From a bacterium (GTDB lineage: Bacteria > Spirochaetota > Spirochaetia > Treponematales > UBA12059), in assembly GCA_035530295.1 (NCBI GenBank), contig DATKVB010000009.1, positions 13,587 to 77,586 of the forward strand: 64,000 nt of DNA, in the 5' to 3' direction. The position numbers were made by a program, and so were the translations under genes. Of this stretch, positions 1 through 9,161 are shown piece after piece (position 1 is the first letter of the stretch; the number at the start of each line of letters is the position of its first letter). The notes beneath the pieces were generated by a model. That model was not told the DNA's origin and did not search any database. It was given only the letters and a program-made list of their open reading frames with translations.

Positions 1-1
1 G

Positions 2-262
2 CTCGGCTCCGCGCCGATGCTCGCTGCCACGGCGAACGGACCGAAGAGCCAAGTCGAGGCGCGCCGCGAGGCGACGACGGTAGCGATACGTGAGGCTTTG
101 CGCGCGTACCTGCGAACGGTGACCCACAACAAGCCGCGCGAGGTGCTGGGCTCGTTTTCGTTCTACGCGCCGCCGAGGATATTCATCAAGGATGGTTCCT
201 GGGTATCAAGCGTCAGGCTATACACGCGAGTGGACCAGATTCTGTCGTACGGCGCCTACTAG
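2..262 (+). CDS. hypothetical protein, C-terminal fragment (5' end outside window)
   Basis: The frame is open from the window edge to TAG at 260-262. The listed ATG at 17 is probably internal. No motif recognised. Confidence 0.3.
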   Translation, partial: LGSAPMLAATANGPKSQVEARREATTVAIREALRAYLRTVTHNKPREVLGSFSFYAPPRIFIKDGSWVSSVRLYTRVDQILSYGAY

Positions 263-270
263 GAGTCTCT

Positions 271-1161
271 CTAGCTTGTCTGTATCGACCGCCCCACTGA
301 TTCGTGCATCGTATCGAGCTCGGCCATGACGGCGTCGACTACCGCTTGCTTCTTGTCCTGGCCCTCGGGCGTCTGAGCCTTGATGCGGGTCCTGAACTCG
401 TCGCAGCGTCTGGGCTCGCTTATGTCTATGACAACGCGGTCACGGCAAATCAGGTCTTCAAGCATCTCGCCTTTTGGGTTCAGGCAGAGTATGTTGCCGT
501 TGATCGACACGAATGACACGTAGTCGAACGACCTGATGTAGGAATCAATCTCGCGGACGCCGCGCTTTGACGATGGATCCCAAGGGCGGTACCTGGTGCC
601 CGCCGGGAAGACCAGCACTATCTTGCCCTCGGTGCGCAACTTGGCCAAGGCCTTCATGGACGCCAGGTTGATGGAGTTGGCCTTGAGCGTCTCGGCCGCG
701 AGCTCCTTTGGATCCTTTATAAGCGTGGCCAGCTCGTCTATTGACCTGCTGGGGTAGATGACAAGCCTGGAGTACGCTTCCGAAAAAGCGGTGACCACGG
801 GATTCGTCTCGGACAGCTTGATGCCGGCCATAGCGACGATGCTGTCCGCGATGCGCTCGCCCTCGGGGCCGGCCTTGCGCAACAGGTATATCAGCACGGG
901 CAGGTCAAAATTGCTGTAGTGCTCGACGAGGAGCAGGCACTTGGAGCCGTGCCTGGAAAGCGACGCCAGCTTCTCGATGTTGGCAAACGACCTGATGCCA
1001 CTGCCGGGGGCCAGGTTTTCAGCGATTATTGAGTCGATGTACGGCAGGATGAGACGGTTGCCTTCCTGATAGACATCGTCGAGGGAGACGCTGGTCTTGC
1101 CGTTCGAGTGCTGAACCATGCCTGATATTTTATCTTTATAACGAGCAGTTATGGGTTCCAT
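271..1161 (-). CDS. acyltransferase, GPAT/PlsC-like (HX4D family)
   Basis: 296-aa ORF with the HX4D motif HYSNFD and the FPAGTR block typical of glycerolipid acyltransferases. Confidence 0.7.
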   Translation of the reverse strand: MEPITARYKDKISGMVQHSNGKTSVSLDDVYQEGNRLILPYIDSIIAENLAPGSGIRSFANIEKLASLSRHGSKCLLLVEHYSNFDLPVLIYLLRKAGPEGERIADSIVAMAGIKLSETNPVVTAFSEAYSRLVIYPSRSIDELATLIKDPKELAAETLKANSINLASMKALAKLRTEGKIVLVFPAGTRYRPWDPSSKRGVREIDSYIRSFDYVSFVSINGNILCLNPKGEMLEDLICRDRVVIDISEPRRCDEFRTRIKAQTPEGQDKKQAVVDAVMAELDTMHESVGRSIQTS

Positions 1162-1247
1162 GATGGCCTCCGGCCGTCAGCCGACGGCTAGGTTAGGGTT
1201 GTCCGCCAGTATAGGCGTGGCTCAAAGCTGGTGTCAACGACAGGCAC

Positions 1248-2543
1248 TCAGCGCGGAAAGGCAACGCCTATCCAGTCAGCCGGATCGGCCTGGCCCGCGT
1301 CTATCATTCCGATGCCGACCCTGGCCGTCGTCTCGGCGACCAGCCAGCGCTTGTCCTTGAACGGGAACCGCGCGCCTGTACCCGGTGCGTCGACGCCTGC
1401 GAGCGCGTGCTCATGCTTCAATGACACCATCATGATGGTGTCGATATCCTCGCGCCGCAGCAGTATGGCCATCACCAGAGCCCTGGAGTCGCAGTCGCCA
1501 CGCCCCTGAAAGGCGGCCGATATAGGATTGACCACGTCGGAGCCCTCAGGGTTGCGCTCGTATGTAAAGGTCTGCACCCATGAAAGTAGGGCCTCGGCAT
1601 AGGCGCGGGGGTTCGCGGTCGTTCCGAAGCGCGGACCAGTCGCCGCAGTCTTTGAGGCATCGCCCGCTGGCGTTCCTGGTGTTGCGGCATCCAGCAGCGT
1701 TGCAGGCGCGGCCTTGCCTGCCCACGCGCCCGTCTCCCACGCCATCGACATATCCAGAGCCAGCCTGTCCAGTGAAGGAGCCGCGTCGCGGTAAATCATG
1801 CGGTAGAAGCGAGCCACCGCGGCTTCGATCAGTTCGGGTGCCTGCGCATAGGCCGACAACACGCGGTATTCCCGTTCCACCAGCTCTTGGGCGACCTCGG
1901 CTTCGGCCGGCACCCATGACGACAGAACGGAGGCGGCGCCGAATCGTACCGTGACTGGAACCGGCTTGGCCGGGCCCAGCGTATACCGCACCGCAGAGCC
2001 GACAGGCCCCGGCACGGCACGCCTGCCATAGTTGGCGGAGAATCCATCGACGCACGACACGATCACATCGTGGTATTGAGCATATGCGGAGGCTGGAGCG
2101 TATGCCAGCATGACAAGATCATATGGCGCGGACTTGGCGTCGCCTCCGGGGGGTGGTGCGACATCATTCATGAACAGCCCCAGCCCCTTGAGGGCATCGC
2201 CGCCCGAGCCAATATCCATCTCGCCAAGCGCCGCGTCCGCACCCGAGTATGGAAAGGCCATGAAGTCGCCATGGCCGGACACTCTGCGCATGCTGTCCGC
2301 GGCTCCAGCCTGGGCTGATGCGAAACGGGTGGCGGGATACACGGCGACATCGACCCTGACCGCCCCATCAGGCGACCCAAAGGAGTATCTGGTCGATCCA
2401 TCGCCTTCGATGAACTCAAAGCCTTCCGGCAGGTCAATGGCAAAGCCGTGGTCCGAGTAATATTCCTCGCCGTAAGCCCGCAAGCCTGCAAGAGCCAATA
2501 GCATGAAGAGTGACACGCGCGCGATGGTGGCTGGTCTGGACAT
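1248..2543 (-). CDS. secreted protein with C-terminal transglutaminase-like core (tentative)
   Basis: 431-aa ORF with an N-terminal signal peptide (FMLLALAGLRAYG). The C-terminal pattern GDCDSRALV...HEHALAGV...AETT resembles a transglutaminase-like Cys/His/acidic core. Confidence 0.55.
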   Translation of the reverse strand: MSRPATIARVSLFMLLALAGLRAYGEEYYSDHGFAIDLPEGFEFIEGDGSTRYSFGSPDGAVRVDVAVYPATRFASAQAGAADSMRRVSGHGDFMAFPYSGADAALGEMDIGSGGDALKGLGLFMNDVAPPPGGDAKSAPYDLVMLAYAPASAYAQYHDVIVSCVDGFSANYGRRAVPGPVGSAVRYTLGPAKPVPVTVRFGAASVLSSWVPAEAEVAQELVEREYRVLSAYAQAPELIEAAVARFYRMIYRDAAPSLDRLALDMSMAWETGAWAGKAAPATLLDAATPGTPAGDASKTAATGPRFGTTANPRAYAEALLSWVQTFTYERNPEGSDVVNPISAAFQGRGDCDSRALVMAILLRREDIDTIMMVSLKHEHALAGVDAPGTGARFPFKDKRWLVAETTARVGIGMIDAGQADPADWIGVAFPR

Positions 2544-2651
2544 GGGCTAGAGTATAGCGCGTTTCGAAGCATTTTGTGACGGGGGCAAAGCCTGGCTACG
2601 TCACAAAAACGGACTTGCGCCGTCCGATCGAGTGGCTTATGCTGTGGCGCC

Positions 2652-3290
2652 ATGATTCCAGCCCTGTATTCAGACGACGATATCATGATCATAGACAAGC
2701 CAGCCGGTCTCGCGGTGCAACCTGGCGCGGGGGTGCGCGTCTGCGTGCTCGACGCAGTCGAGCGCGACTACGGCTTCAGGCCGTATCTGGTGCACAGGCT
2801 GGACAAGGAAACAGCGGGCTGTCTCGTGGTCGCGCGGTCGCCACGGGCCGCGGCGGCGATATCGGCGCTGATGGGAGGCCATGGTGCCGTCAAGGAATAT
2901 CACGCGGTAGTGTCCGGCCATCCAGAACCGCTGGATGGCGTATACCGCGACGATGTGCGTGTGCGCGGCGCCAGTCAGAGTGCCGAAACGCGGTATCGGA
3001 CACTTGATTCAGACGGACGCCTGTCTCTGGTCAGCGCTGTGCTGGGCACTGGGCGCATGCACCAGATCAGGCAGCATTTTGCCCAGGCTGGGCATCCCAT
3101 CATCGGCGACGACAAGCATGGCGACTTCAAGCTTAACAAGGCGCTCGCCAAGGAGCTGGGCATGAAGCGGCTGATGCTGTACGCCTTCAGGCTGTATCTG
3201 CCGCTACGGTCGCCGGTCGAGGTGACGGCATCGCTGCCGCCGCATTTTGCCGCATTCTTCGAGCGCTGGGGCCGGGAGGCGCCCGAATGA
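2652..3290 (+). CDS. RluA-family pseudouridine synthase
   Basis: 212-aa ORF with IIDKPAGLAV and the catalytic HRLDKETAGCLVVA motif. Confidence 0.85.
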   Translation: MIPALYSDDDIMIIDKPAGLAVQPGAGVRVCVLDAVERDYGFRPYLVHRLDKETAGCLVVARSPRAAAAISALMGGHGAVKEYHAVVSGHPEPLDGVYRDDVRVRGASQSAETRYRTLDSDGRLSLVSAVLGTGRMHQIRQHFAQAGHPIIGDDKHGDFKLNKALAKELGMKRLMLYAFRLYLPLRSPVEVTASLPPHFAAFFERWGREAPE

Positions 3291-3685
3291 ATCAAGCAAG
3301 CCCGTTTGCCTGGGTCAAGGGCGCGGCGTGGCTGTTCCCCGACGGTTCGCTGAGCATAGTCCCCGGCTTCCACGAAGAATGGATACGAGCACACCAGGAT
3401 AGAGCGCCGGGGTGTTCGACGGTCGCCGATGTCGTGACCAGGCTTGGCTGGATCTCGGTCGTTTCGTATGCCGAGGGCTATGCGGAATTCATGATTCGTT
3501 CCCGCTCTGATGCCGCCACGGTGCGTCTGTGTGCCGAGCATCTGCGCCGCAATCTTGGCCGGTGGCGCAATGCCCTGGTCATGACCATGGACGAGGAAGG
3601 CTACATCAAGCTGACTCCGGACGACTTCTCGCCCGGCCAGGATCCCGAGATCCACATCAGGGGTGCCTTCACGAAGGGCTCATGA
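3287..3685 (+). CDS. hypothetical protein
   Basis: 132-aa ORF whose ATG overlaps the upstream stop (ATGA). The composition looks coding. No motif recognised. Confidence 0.5.
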   Translation: MNQASPFAWVKGAAWLFPDGSLSIVPGFHEEWIRAHQDRAPGCSTVADVVTRLGWISVVSYAEGYAEFMIRSRSDAATVRLCAEHLRRNLGRWRNALVMTMDEEGYIKLTPDDFSPGQDPEIHIRGAFTKGS

Positions 3686-4445
3686 TATCCTTGAGCTCGT
3701 TGGCGTTGCGCACCGCGTAACCGCCAGGGTGGTTGTTGAACGCCACCAGCAACCGGCCCTGCCTGGCCATCCGCCGCAGGCGTGGCGCCGCCGTTTCAAG
3801 TTCTTCCCTGGAATAGAGATAGTCATACCTGGTAGCAGCATCGCCTGTCCACCAGGTGTCAGCGTTGCGGCCATGGAAGCGCAGGTAGGCCAGCCCTCCG
3901 GTGACTCGGTCATCGAGAGGCGGCAGGCCCGGCAGGTTTGGCCTGTCGACCATCGCCATGCCGACGCCACGCCTGTCAAGTCCTTCGGTAACGCGCTCAC
4001 CGTTCCACTCATCATTGCGGAATTCGACCACCAGCGGCAACGGCCGGAGTGAATCCAGAAGGCCCGCCAGAAAGGCCCGGTTGTCGGGAGTGTGGTGAAA
4101 GCGGTACGGCAACTGAAGGAGCACGGCCAGCAACTTGCCCGCATCGGCGAGCGCACCGGCGGCCTGCGCGAATGTCGCCGCATCGTCGCGCCAGCCAGGG
4201 CCTGGCTCGTGCGTCAGGCTCCGGTGCGCCTTGATGCTGAAGCCGAAGTGAGACGGCGTCCTTGCGGCCATCGACTCGAGGTTCCTTCGCGTGGGCATGG
4301 CGTAATACGAGAAATTCAGCTCGACGAACGGAAAGAAGAGGGCATAGTACCGCAGGTAGTCGCTCTTGGGCAGACCATCCGGGTAGAAGACGCCTTTCCA
4401 GTCATCATAGGAATACCCGCTGGTCGCTATCAGTACCTCGCCCAT
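3669..4445 (-). CDS. DUF72 (YecE-like) family protein
   Basis: 258-aa ORF. The N-terminus IATSGYSYDDWKGVFYP and the overall pattern are typical of DUF72. Confidence 0.8.
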   Translation of the reverse strand: MGEVLIATSGYSYDDWKGVFYPDGLPKSDYLRYYALFFPFVELNFSYYAMPTRRNLESMAARTPSHFGFSIKAHRSLTHEPGPGWRDDAATFAQAAGALADAGKLLAVLLQLPYRFHHTPDNRAFLAGLLDSLRPLPLVVEFRNDEWNGERVTEGLDRRGVGMAMVDRPNLPGLPPLDDRVTGGLAYLRFHGRNADTWWTGDAATRYDYLYSREELETAAPRLRRMARQGRLLVAFNNHPGGYAVRNANELKDIMSPS

Positions 4446-4449
4446 GCCG

Positions 4450-7400
4450 CTATTTCCGCCTGATCAGCATCATCGTCAGGTCGTCGTACTGGTCATCCTC
4501 CTTGAGTCTGCCATAATACCGGTATTCGGTGCGCTTTGGATCCGGATGCGGACGCCTGTCGGCGCAGAATCGGTCGTACTGCAGCCAGCACTTGGCCAGG
4601 ATCGCGTCAATCTTCGTGTCGACAATGACCTGGTCCTTCTCGGTTACGTCGGGATCAGGTACCAGCCTGAAGACCTTCTCGACGGCCGCGAGGCCGAGCA
4701 CCAGGTCCTCGGGGCTTGCGTCCAGCCTTGAGAAATCGAAGTCGTAGCTCAGATCGGAGCCGAGCGGATCGTCTTCCTTGGTAAACGAGAAGGCTCCCCT
4801 GGACATGATGGCCTCTGTGGCGGCCTTGATGCGATCCTCTCCCAGTTGCTCCACCAAGGCCTCGCGGTGGGTGCTCTCATTGCCTTCGCGATCGACAATC
4901 TTCTTGTCCTCGAACAGCTGCTTGAAGTCAGGTCCGCGCCTGGCACGGCTCGATTCCTCGAAACCGTCGGTGTAGAGCAACAGGATGTCTCCGTGGTCGA
5001 GCCGTATCTTGACCTGCTTGTAGACGGCGCTTAAATCGAACATCTCGCTTGATATAGCTCCGGCGGCGGGGGCGTTTTCAAGCTTGTGGACGACAACCTG
5101 GCGCTGCTCGGGCTTGTACACTCTGACGATGTTGTCGCCCGCGTGACACAGGTAGGTATCTCCCGTCTTTGAATCGTATACGCCCATGACAAGCGCGGCG
5201 AACAGGCCGCTGAAGCCGCGCCGTTCCAGGAAGTCGTTGATGCGCGCCGTCAGCGCGTCCAGTTTGATGCCGTCCTTCTTGTAATTCCAGCCCTGGAAGC
5301 TTGTCGTGAATATGGTCGCGACGCCGACCATGATGAGGGCCGCCGGCACACCCTTGCCGGAGACATCGCACTTGATGAAGGCCCAGTACTGGCCGTCGAG
5401 CGGCCTGTAGTCAAAATAGTCGCCGGAGACGCCCTTGGCGCCTTCATAGTAGCCATAGAAGCTGTGTGTCGGCGTGTCTTCAAAGCCGGTTGTCAGTTTC
5501 TCGCCCAGAGCGTTCTGGATAAGCGGAATGAACATCTTCTGGACGCCCTTGCCTACGGTCAGGAACTCGGCCTCGGCGGCCGCGTGTACGAGTCCAGTGG
5601 TCATCTCGTTGATGGTGCCTGCCAGAATCGCGAATTCGTCCTTGCGCTTGATGTCTATCGAGAAGTCGGCCAGGTTCTTCTTGTCCGGGGTGTCGCGTAT
5701 GTGCTTGATGCCCTCGACCACCTTCATAAGCGGTCTCAGGATCAGGCCCGACAGCGCGAACGAGCCGGCAATGCCTATGGCCAGGGCTATGGCGGCGACT
5801 ATGGCAATGCTTCTGATCAGTGTTGCCCGTGCCGCCTTGACCTCGGCGACTATAGGAGCGGTTGACACTGAGAGTCTGACGAGTCCCCGATAGAAGACAG
5901 TCTCCCTGCCCTGCCTGAACAGGATGGGCTTGTAGAAGACATACTCGGCAGCCTGAAGGCCCAGCTTGTTGGGATCAAACGCCGGCTCCGAAGCGACCGA
6001 CGCGTTGGCTATGGCAGTCAATCGTTCGCCCAGGGTTTTCTCCAGATCGCGGGCACTGGCGGCTATCTGCTCGAGCCTGGTCTGGCTCTGCGTATCCAGC
6101 TTCGCCGCCAGCGCGCGGCCCTCGTCCTGGAGCTGCTGGATGGCGTCTGCTATCGTTCCGACCTCGCTGTTCGCCTTGGCGTCTATCTCGGCGGCCATCG
6201 CCGGTATCAGCGGCGAAAGGCTGTCAGACAATATCGATGTGCCGGCGACAAGCGATGTGCCATCTATCTTCTTGAGTATGTCTTGATCGTTGCTGGCCCA
6301 TACGACGTCGGGGTTGGTGGTGCCGCTGGCTCCGAACCCGGTGATCGTGAGGTAGCGGGCCTCGGCTATGGCGCTTGCCTGGTTGGGCAGGAGCGACAGT
6401 TCCAGTATGTTCTTGGCGGGCAAGTACGACTTGCCGCCCTGCGCGGCGCTTTCAAGCAAGACTCTGGCCCGTTGCTCGAGGCCCCTGGCCAGGATCTCGC
6501 TCTGGGTTCCAAGCATCTGGGCGCCTAGCGGAATGGAAACGAGCAGTACGATGAATATGACGAGGAGGCTTATGGTCATCGCGAACTGCGCGGTCAGGCC
6601 GGAACCTCTTCGTATCGCGTTTTCTGCCGCCTTCTTGCGTTCGGTTTCTGGCATCGGGGTTCCTCCCAAAAGGGCTATGGCCTCCTGTCTGGCCGCGCGC
6701 ATTTCGCCGGCAAGGATGACAACCTGTCTAAGCGACAGGATCATGCCGAGCGCGGGAATGAGCAGAGCAGCTATCAGGAACAAAGTCGAGAGTCGGACAA
6801 GGAAATGTCGGGTCGGCTCGAATGCCCAGGTAGGCTTCCAGGGCTCGCCGCGGTCGCCGAACTTGACGGTTCCGGTGTAGTCGACCGACAGGCGCGGGCC
6901 GGTAAAGTACCAACCCCGGGTCTGATGATGCAGCCCGATACGATATGTGCTAGCCGCGAGGTCCACGATCTCCGGAATGGTTATCAGCCGGTCGGAGACT
7001 ATCGAGAATCCCTTGCCGGCCCGATCATAGACGCGATCGTACGGTTCTTTGCCATCGGCATCGATGACGACCGAGGTTATGGTTCCGTCGTCGGCAAAGC
7101 CCCTGCCGAGTATGGACAGGCGCAGCGTGCCGAATTCGTCCCGGGTCGAGGCGACATCGGAGACGGCCGTAAACGGCATGAACTTGTCGGCGCGCAACAG
7201 TATGCGCGAAGCCAGACCTATGTTGCCAACGCGGTCGATTGCCGCCACGGAGAAGGCCCAGAAGCCATCGTCGATGTTGGAGAAGTCGGCGCGCGGGACG
7301 GTGGTTCTGACGGTTGGCGGAGGTGATGCCGGCTGCCTGGCCGACCAGAGACGCTGCTCATAGTCGGTGGATGGCAGAAGGTTGTAGGTACCGGCTGTCA

Positions 7401-9159
7401 GTTCTGCTGTGGCGCGCGCCGATGCCAGCCGGCGGGCGGGCGGGCGGTCCAGTGGGCCAAGATAGTCGAGTACCCAGGTATAGCCAGCTACATCGGGATC
7501 GGGTGGCGGAGCCCAGGATAGCGCGAAGCTGTTGGATGCCATGAAGCCATCGGCGGAGGCCGCGGGCGGGAACGGCAACGGAGTTCCCGGAGGCGTCGTA
7601 TCCCTGACGAAGCGCAGGCGCGCCGTCTTTGACCAGTTGCCGGCATAGTCCTCGGCCCGTATTGAGAAGTACCAGTCGCCGTCCTGGTCGGCGTCAAAAC
7701 TGGCGCTTGTCTGGTTCTCGAGCGCGCCGACCCGCAGTGGCGGCTCTGCCGCCGCGTCGCGCGACCACAGGTACGAGAATCCAAGGATGCCCGAGGAGTC
7801 GTCTGGCGACTTCCACCGTATGTTCGCGCGGCTTCGCCTGGTCGGCGCTCCTTCATCGAAATCCACGGCGACAGGCAGTGGCGCCTGCACGCTGGTGTCG
7901 GGCATCATAGCCAGGACCGACGACGCGGTGCCACGGCCGGTCTGCCAGAATACATAGAGGCCGCGCGCCGTATAGACGGCTCGCCCGAAGGCACCATCAC
8001 CACGTGATTTGCCAGACAGGTCCTGCTCGTTCCAGAGTGTGCCGCTACGGAACGCGATATATACGCGGCTGCCACCCTTGCGGTCATCGAACCAGGCTAC
8101 CGCCGGCTCGCCATTGGCGTCGAGCAGTCGTGGTTCCGAGCACGAACCCTGACCCAGGGTAACCCGTTCAACGCTGTCGGGTACCACCGCGCTTGTGGCA
8201 TCCAGTCGTGCCGCGTATATCTGCGCGGGGCCGGACAGCACCCGGCGTTCCCAGGCCATCCACAGCGACCCGCCGACCTGGGCAAGGTGCGGGCGCTGGT
8301 TGTCAAAGTCGCCGGCGCTGGTCCTGTCCTTGCGCACCGGGTCCAGGAAGTTGGTGATCCGGCGCGGAGCCGACCAGGTGGCTCCGCCGTCTATCGTCGA
8401 CACGGAAAAGAGCTGGTAGCTAGGCCTGGCTCCGCCAGTCAGCGACTGGAAGACGACGACGTCGGTGCCGTTGATCGAGGCCGCGCTCGGCAGGAAGTTC
8501 GGGTCGAGTCCCACTTCTCCGCCAACGAACGGCGCGAATGTCGTCCAGGTAGTGCCATTTTCAGAACGCGCGTAGAATATGGAGAGGGACTGGTATGCCG
8601 CCCTGTCTCCATTGTCCTGTAGGCGCGAGAACGTCTGCTGGCGCGTAACGAACAGATACCAGCCGCCTCCAGTCTTGGTAAAGATACGCGGCGCAACCCC
8701 TGGCTCGGTCATCTGGATGACCATTGGCGGCGCAAAATCAAGCCCGCCATTCTTGGATTCATACAGCGAGACACTGAGTTCACCGGAAGTGGCGGCGACG
8801 ACCATCGTGCCGTTGCCGTCAGCCGCGGCCGAGAACAGCACCGGGGCGTCGCCATTGTATGGCAATGGGCCGGCAAAGTGATCGCGCCGCTGCACGCCAT
8901 CGGTGCCATACGAGGCGAGCGACAGCCATGCGGAGCCGCCATCGCCGGACGGAACATTCTCCTGCCACATGACGACGACCCGGCCGGCCGTGCTTATGGC
9001 CTGGGGGTAGGCGCCAACGCCGGTGGACAGCCGCGTTGGCGACTCCCAGTAGAAGTCAGGTGGCGCGGCGGTAACGGGCACTGACACCAGCAACGCGCTG
9101 CAGAGCGCGGCGATCGCCAGCGCCGGCTTCAGGCGTGACCAATTCCGGTATCGCATCAC
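4450..9159 (-). CDS. large membrane sensor protein phosphatase (BNR repeats - HAMP - PP2C/SpoIIE)
   Basis: 1569-aa ORF with a signal peptide and BNR-type repeats (STIDGGATWS, SENGTTWT). It has three predicted TM helices and a HAMP-like linker after the third. The C-terminal SpoIIE/PP2C blocks are GVSGDYFDY, CDVSGKGVPAALIM and LLLYTDGFEES. Confidence 0.85.
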   Translation of the reverse strand: MMRYRNWSRLKPALAIAALCSALLVSVPVTAAPPDFYWESPTRLSTGVGAYPQAISTAGRVVVMWQENVPSGDGGSAWLSLASYGTDGVQRRDHFAGPLPYNGDAPVLFSAAADGNGTMVVAATSGELSVSLYESKNGGLDFAPPMVIQMTEPGVAPRIFTKTGGGWYLFVTRQQTFSRLQDNGDRAAYQSLSIFYARSENGTTWTTFAPFVGGEVGLDPNFLPSAASINGTDVVVFQSLTGGARPSYQLFSVSTIDGGATWSAPRRITNFLDPVRKDRTSAGDFDNQRPHLAQVGGSLWMAWERRVLSGPAQIYAARLDATSAVVPDSVERVTLGQGSCSEPRLLDANGEPAVAWFDDRKGGSRVYIAFRSGTLWNEQDLSGKSRGDGAFGRAVYTARGLYVFWQTGRGTASSVLAMMPDTSVQAPLPVAVDFDEGAPTRRSRANIRWKSPDDSSGILGFSYLWSRDAAAEPPLRVGALENQTSASFDADQDGDWYFSIRAEDYAGNWSKTARLRFVRDTTPPGTPLPFPPAASADGFMASNSFALSWAPPPDPDVAGYTWVLDYLGPLDRPPARRLASARATAELTAGTYNLLPSTDYEQRLWSARQPASPPPTVRTTVPRADFSNIDDGFWAFSVAAIDRVGNIGLASRILLRADKFMPFTAVSDVASTRDEFGTLRLSILGRGFADDGTITSVVIDADGKEPYDRVYDRAGKGFSIVSDRLITIPEIVDLAASTYRIGLHHQTRGWYFTGPRLSVDYTGTVKFGDRGEPWKPTWAFEPTRHFLVRLSTLFLIAALLIPALGMILSLRQVVILAGEMRAARQEAIALLGGTPMPETERKKAAENAIRRGSGLTAQFAMTISLLVIFIVLLVSIPLGAQMLGTQSEILARGLEQRARVLLESAAQGGKSYLPAKNILELSLLPNQASAIAEARYLTITGFGASGTTNPDVVWASNDQDILKKIDGTSLVAGTSILSDSLSPLIPAMAAEIDAKANSEVGTIADAIQQLQDEGRALAAKLDTQSQTRLEQIAASARDLEKTLGERLTAIANASVASEPAFDPNKLGLQAAEYVFYKPILFRQGRETVFYRGLVRLSVSTAPIVAEVKAARATLIRSIAIVAAIALAIGIAGSFALSGLILRPLMKVVEGIKHIRDTPDKKNLADFSIDIKRKDEFAILAGTINEMTTGLVHAAAEAEFLTVGKGVQKMFIPLIQNALGEKLTTGFEDTPTHSFYGYYEGAKGVSGDYFDYRPLDGQYWAFIKCDVSGKGVPAALIMVGVATIFTTSFQGWNYKKDGIKLDALTARINDFLERRGFSGLFAALVMGVYDSKTGDTYLCHAGDNIVRVYKPEQRQVVVHKLENAPAAGAISSEMFDLSAVYKQVKIRLDHGDILLLYTDGFEESSRARRGPDFKQLFEDKKIVDREGNESTHREALVEQLGEDRIKAATEAIMSRGAFSFTKEDDPLGSDLSYDFDFSRLDASPEDLVLGLAAVEKVFRLVPDPDVTEKDQVIVDTKIDAILAKCWLQYDRFCADRRPHPDPKRTEYRYYGRLKEDDQYDDLTMMLIRRK

Positions 9160-9161
9160 GT

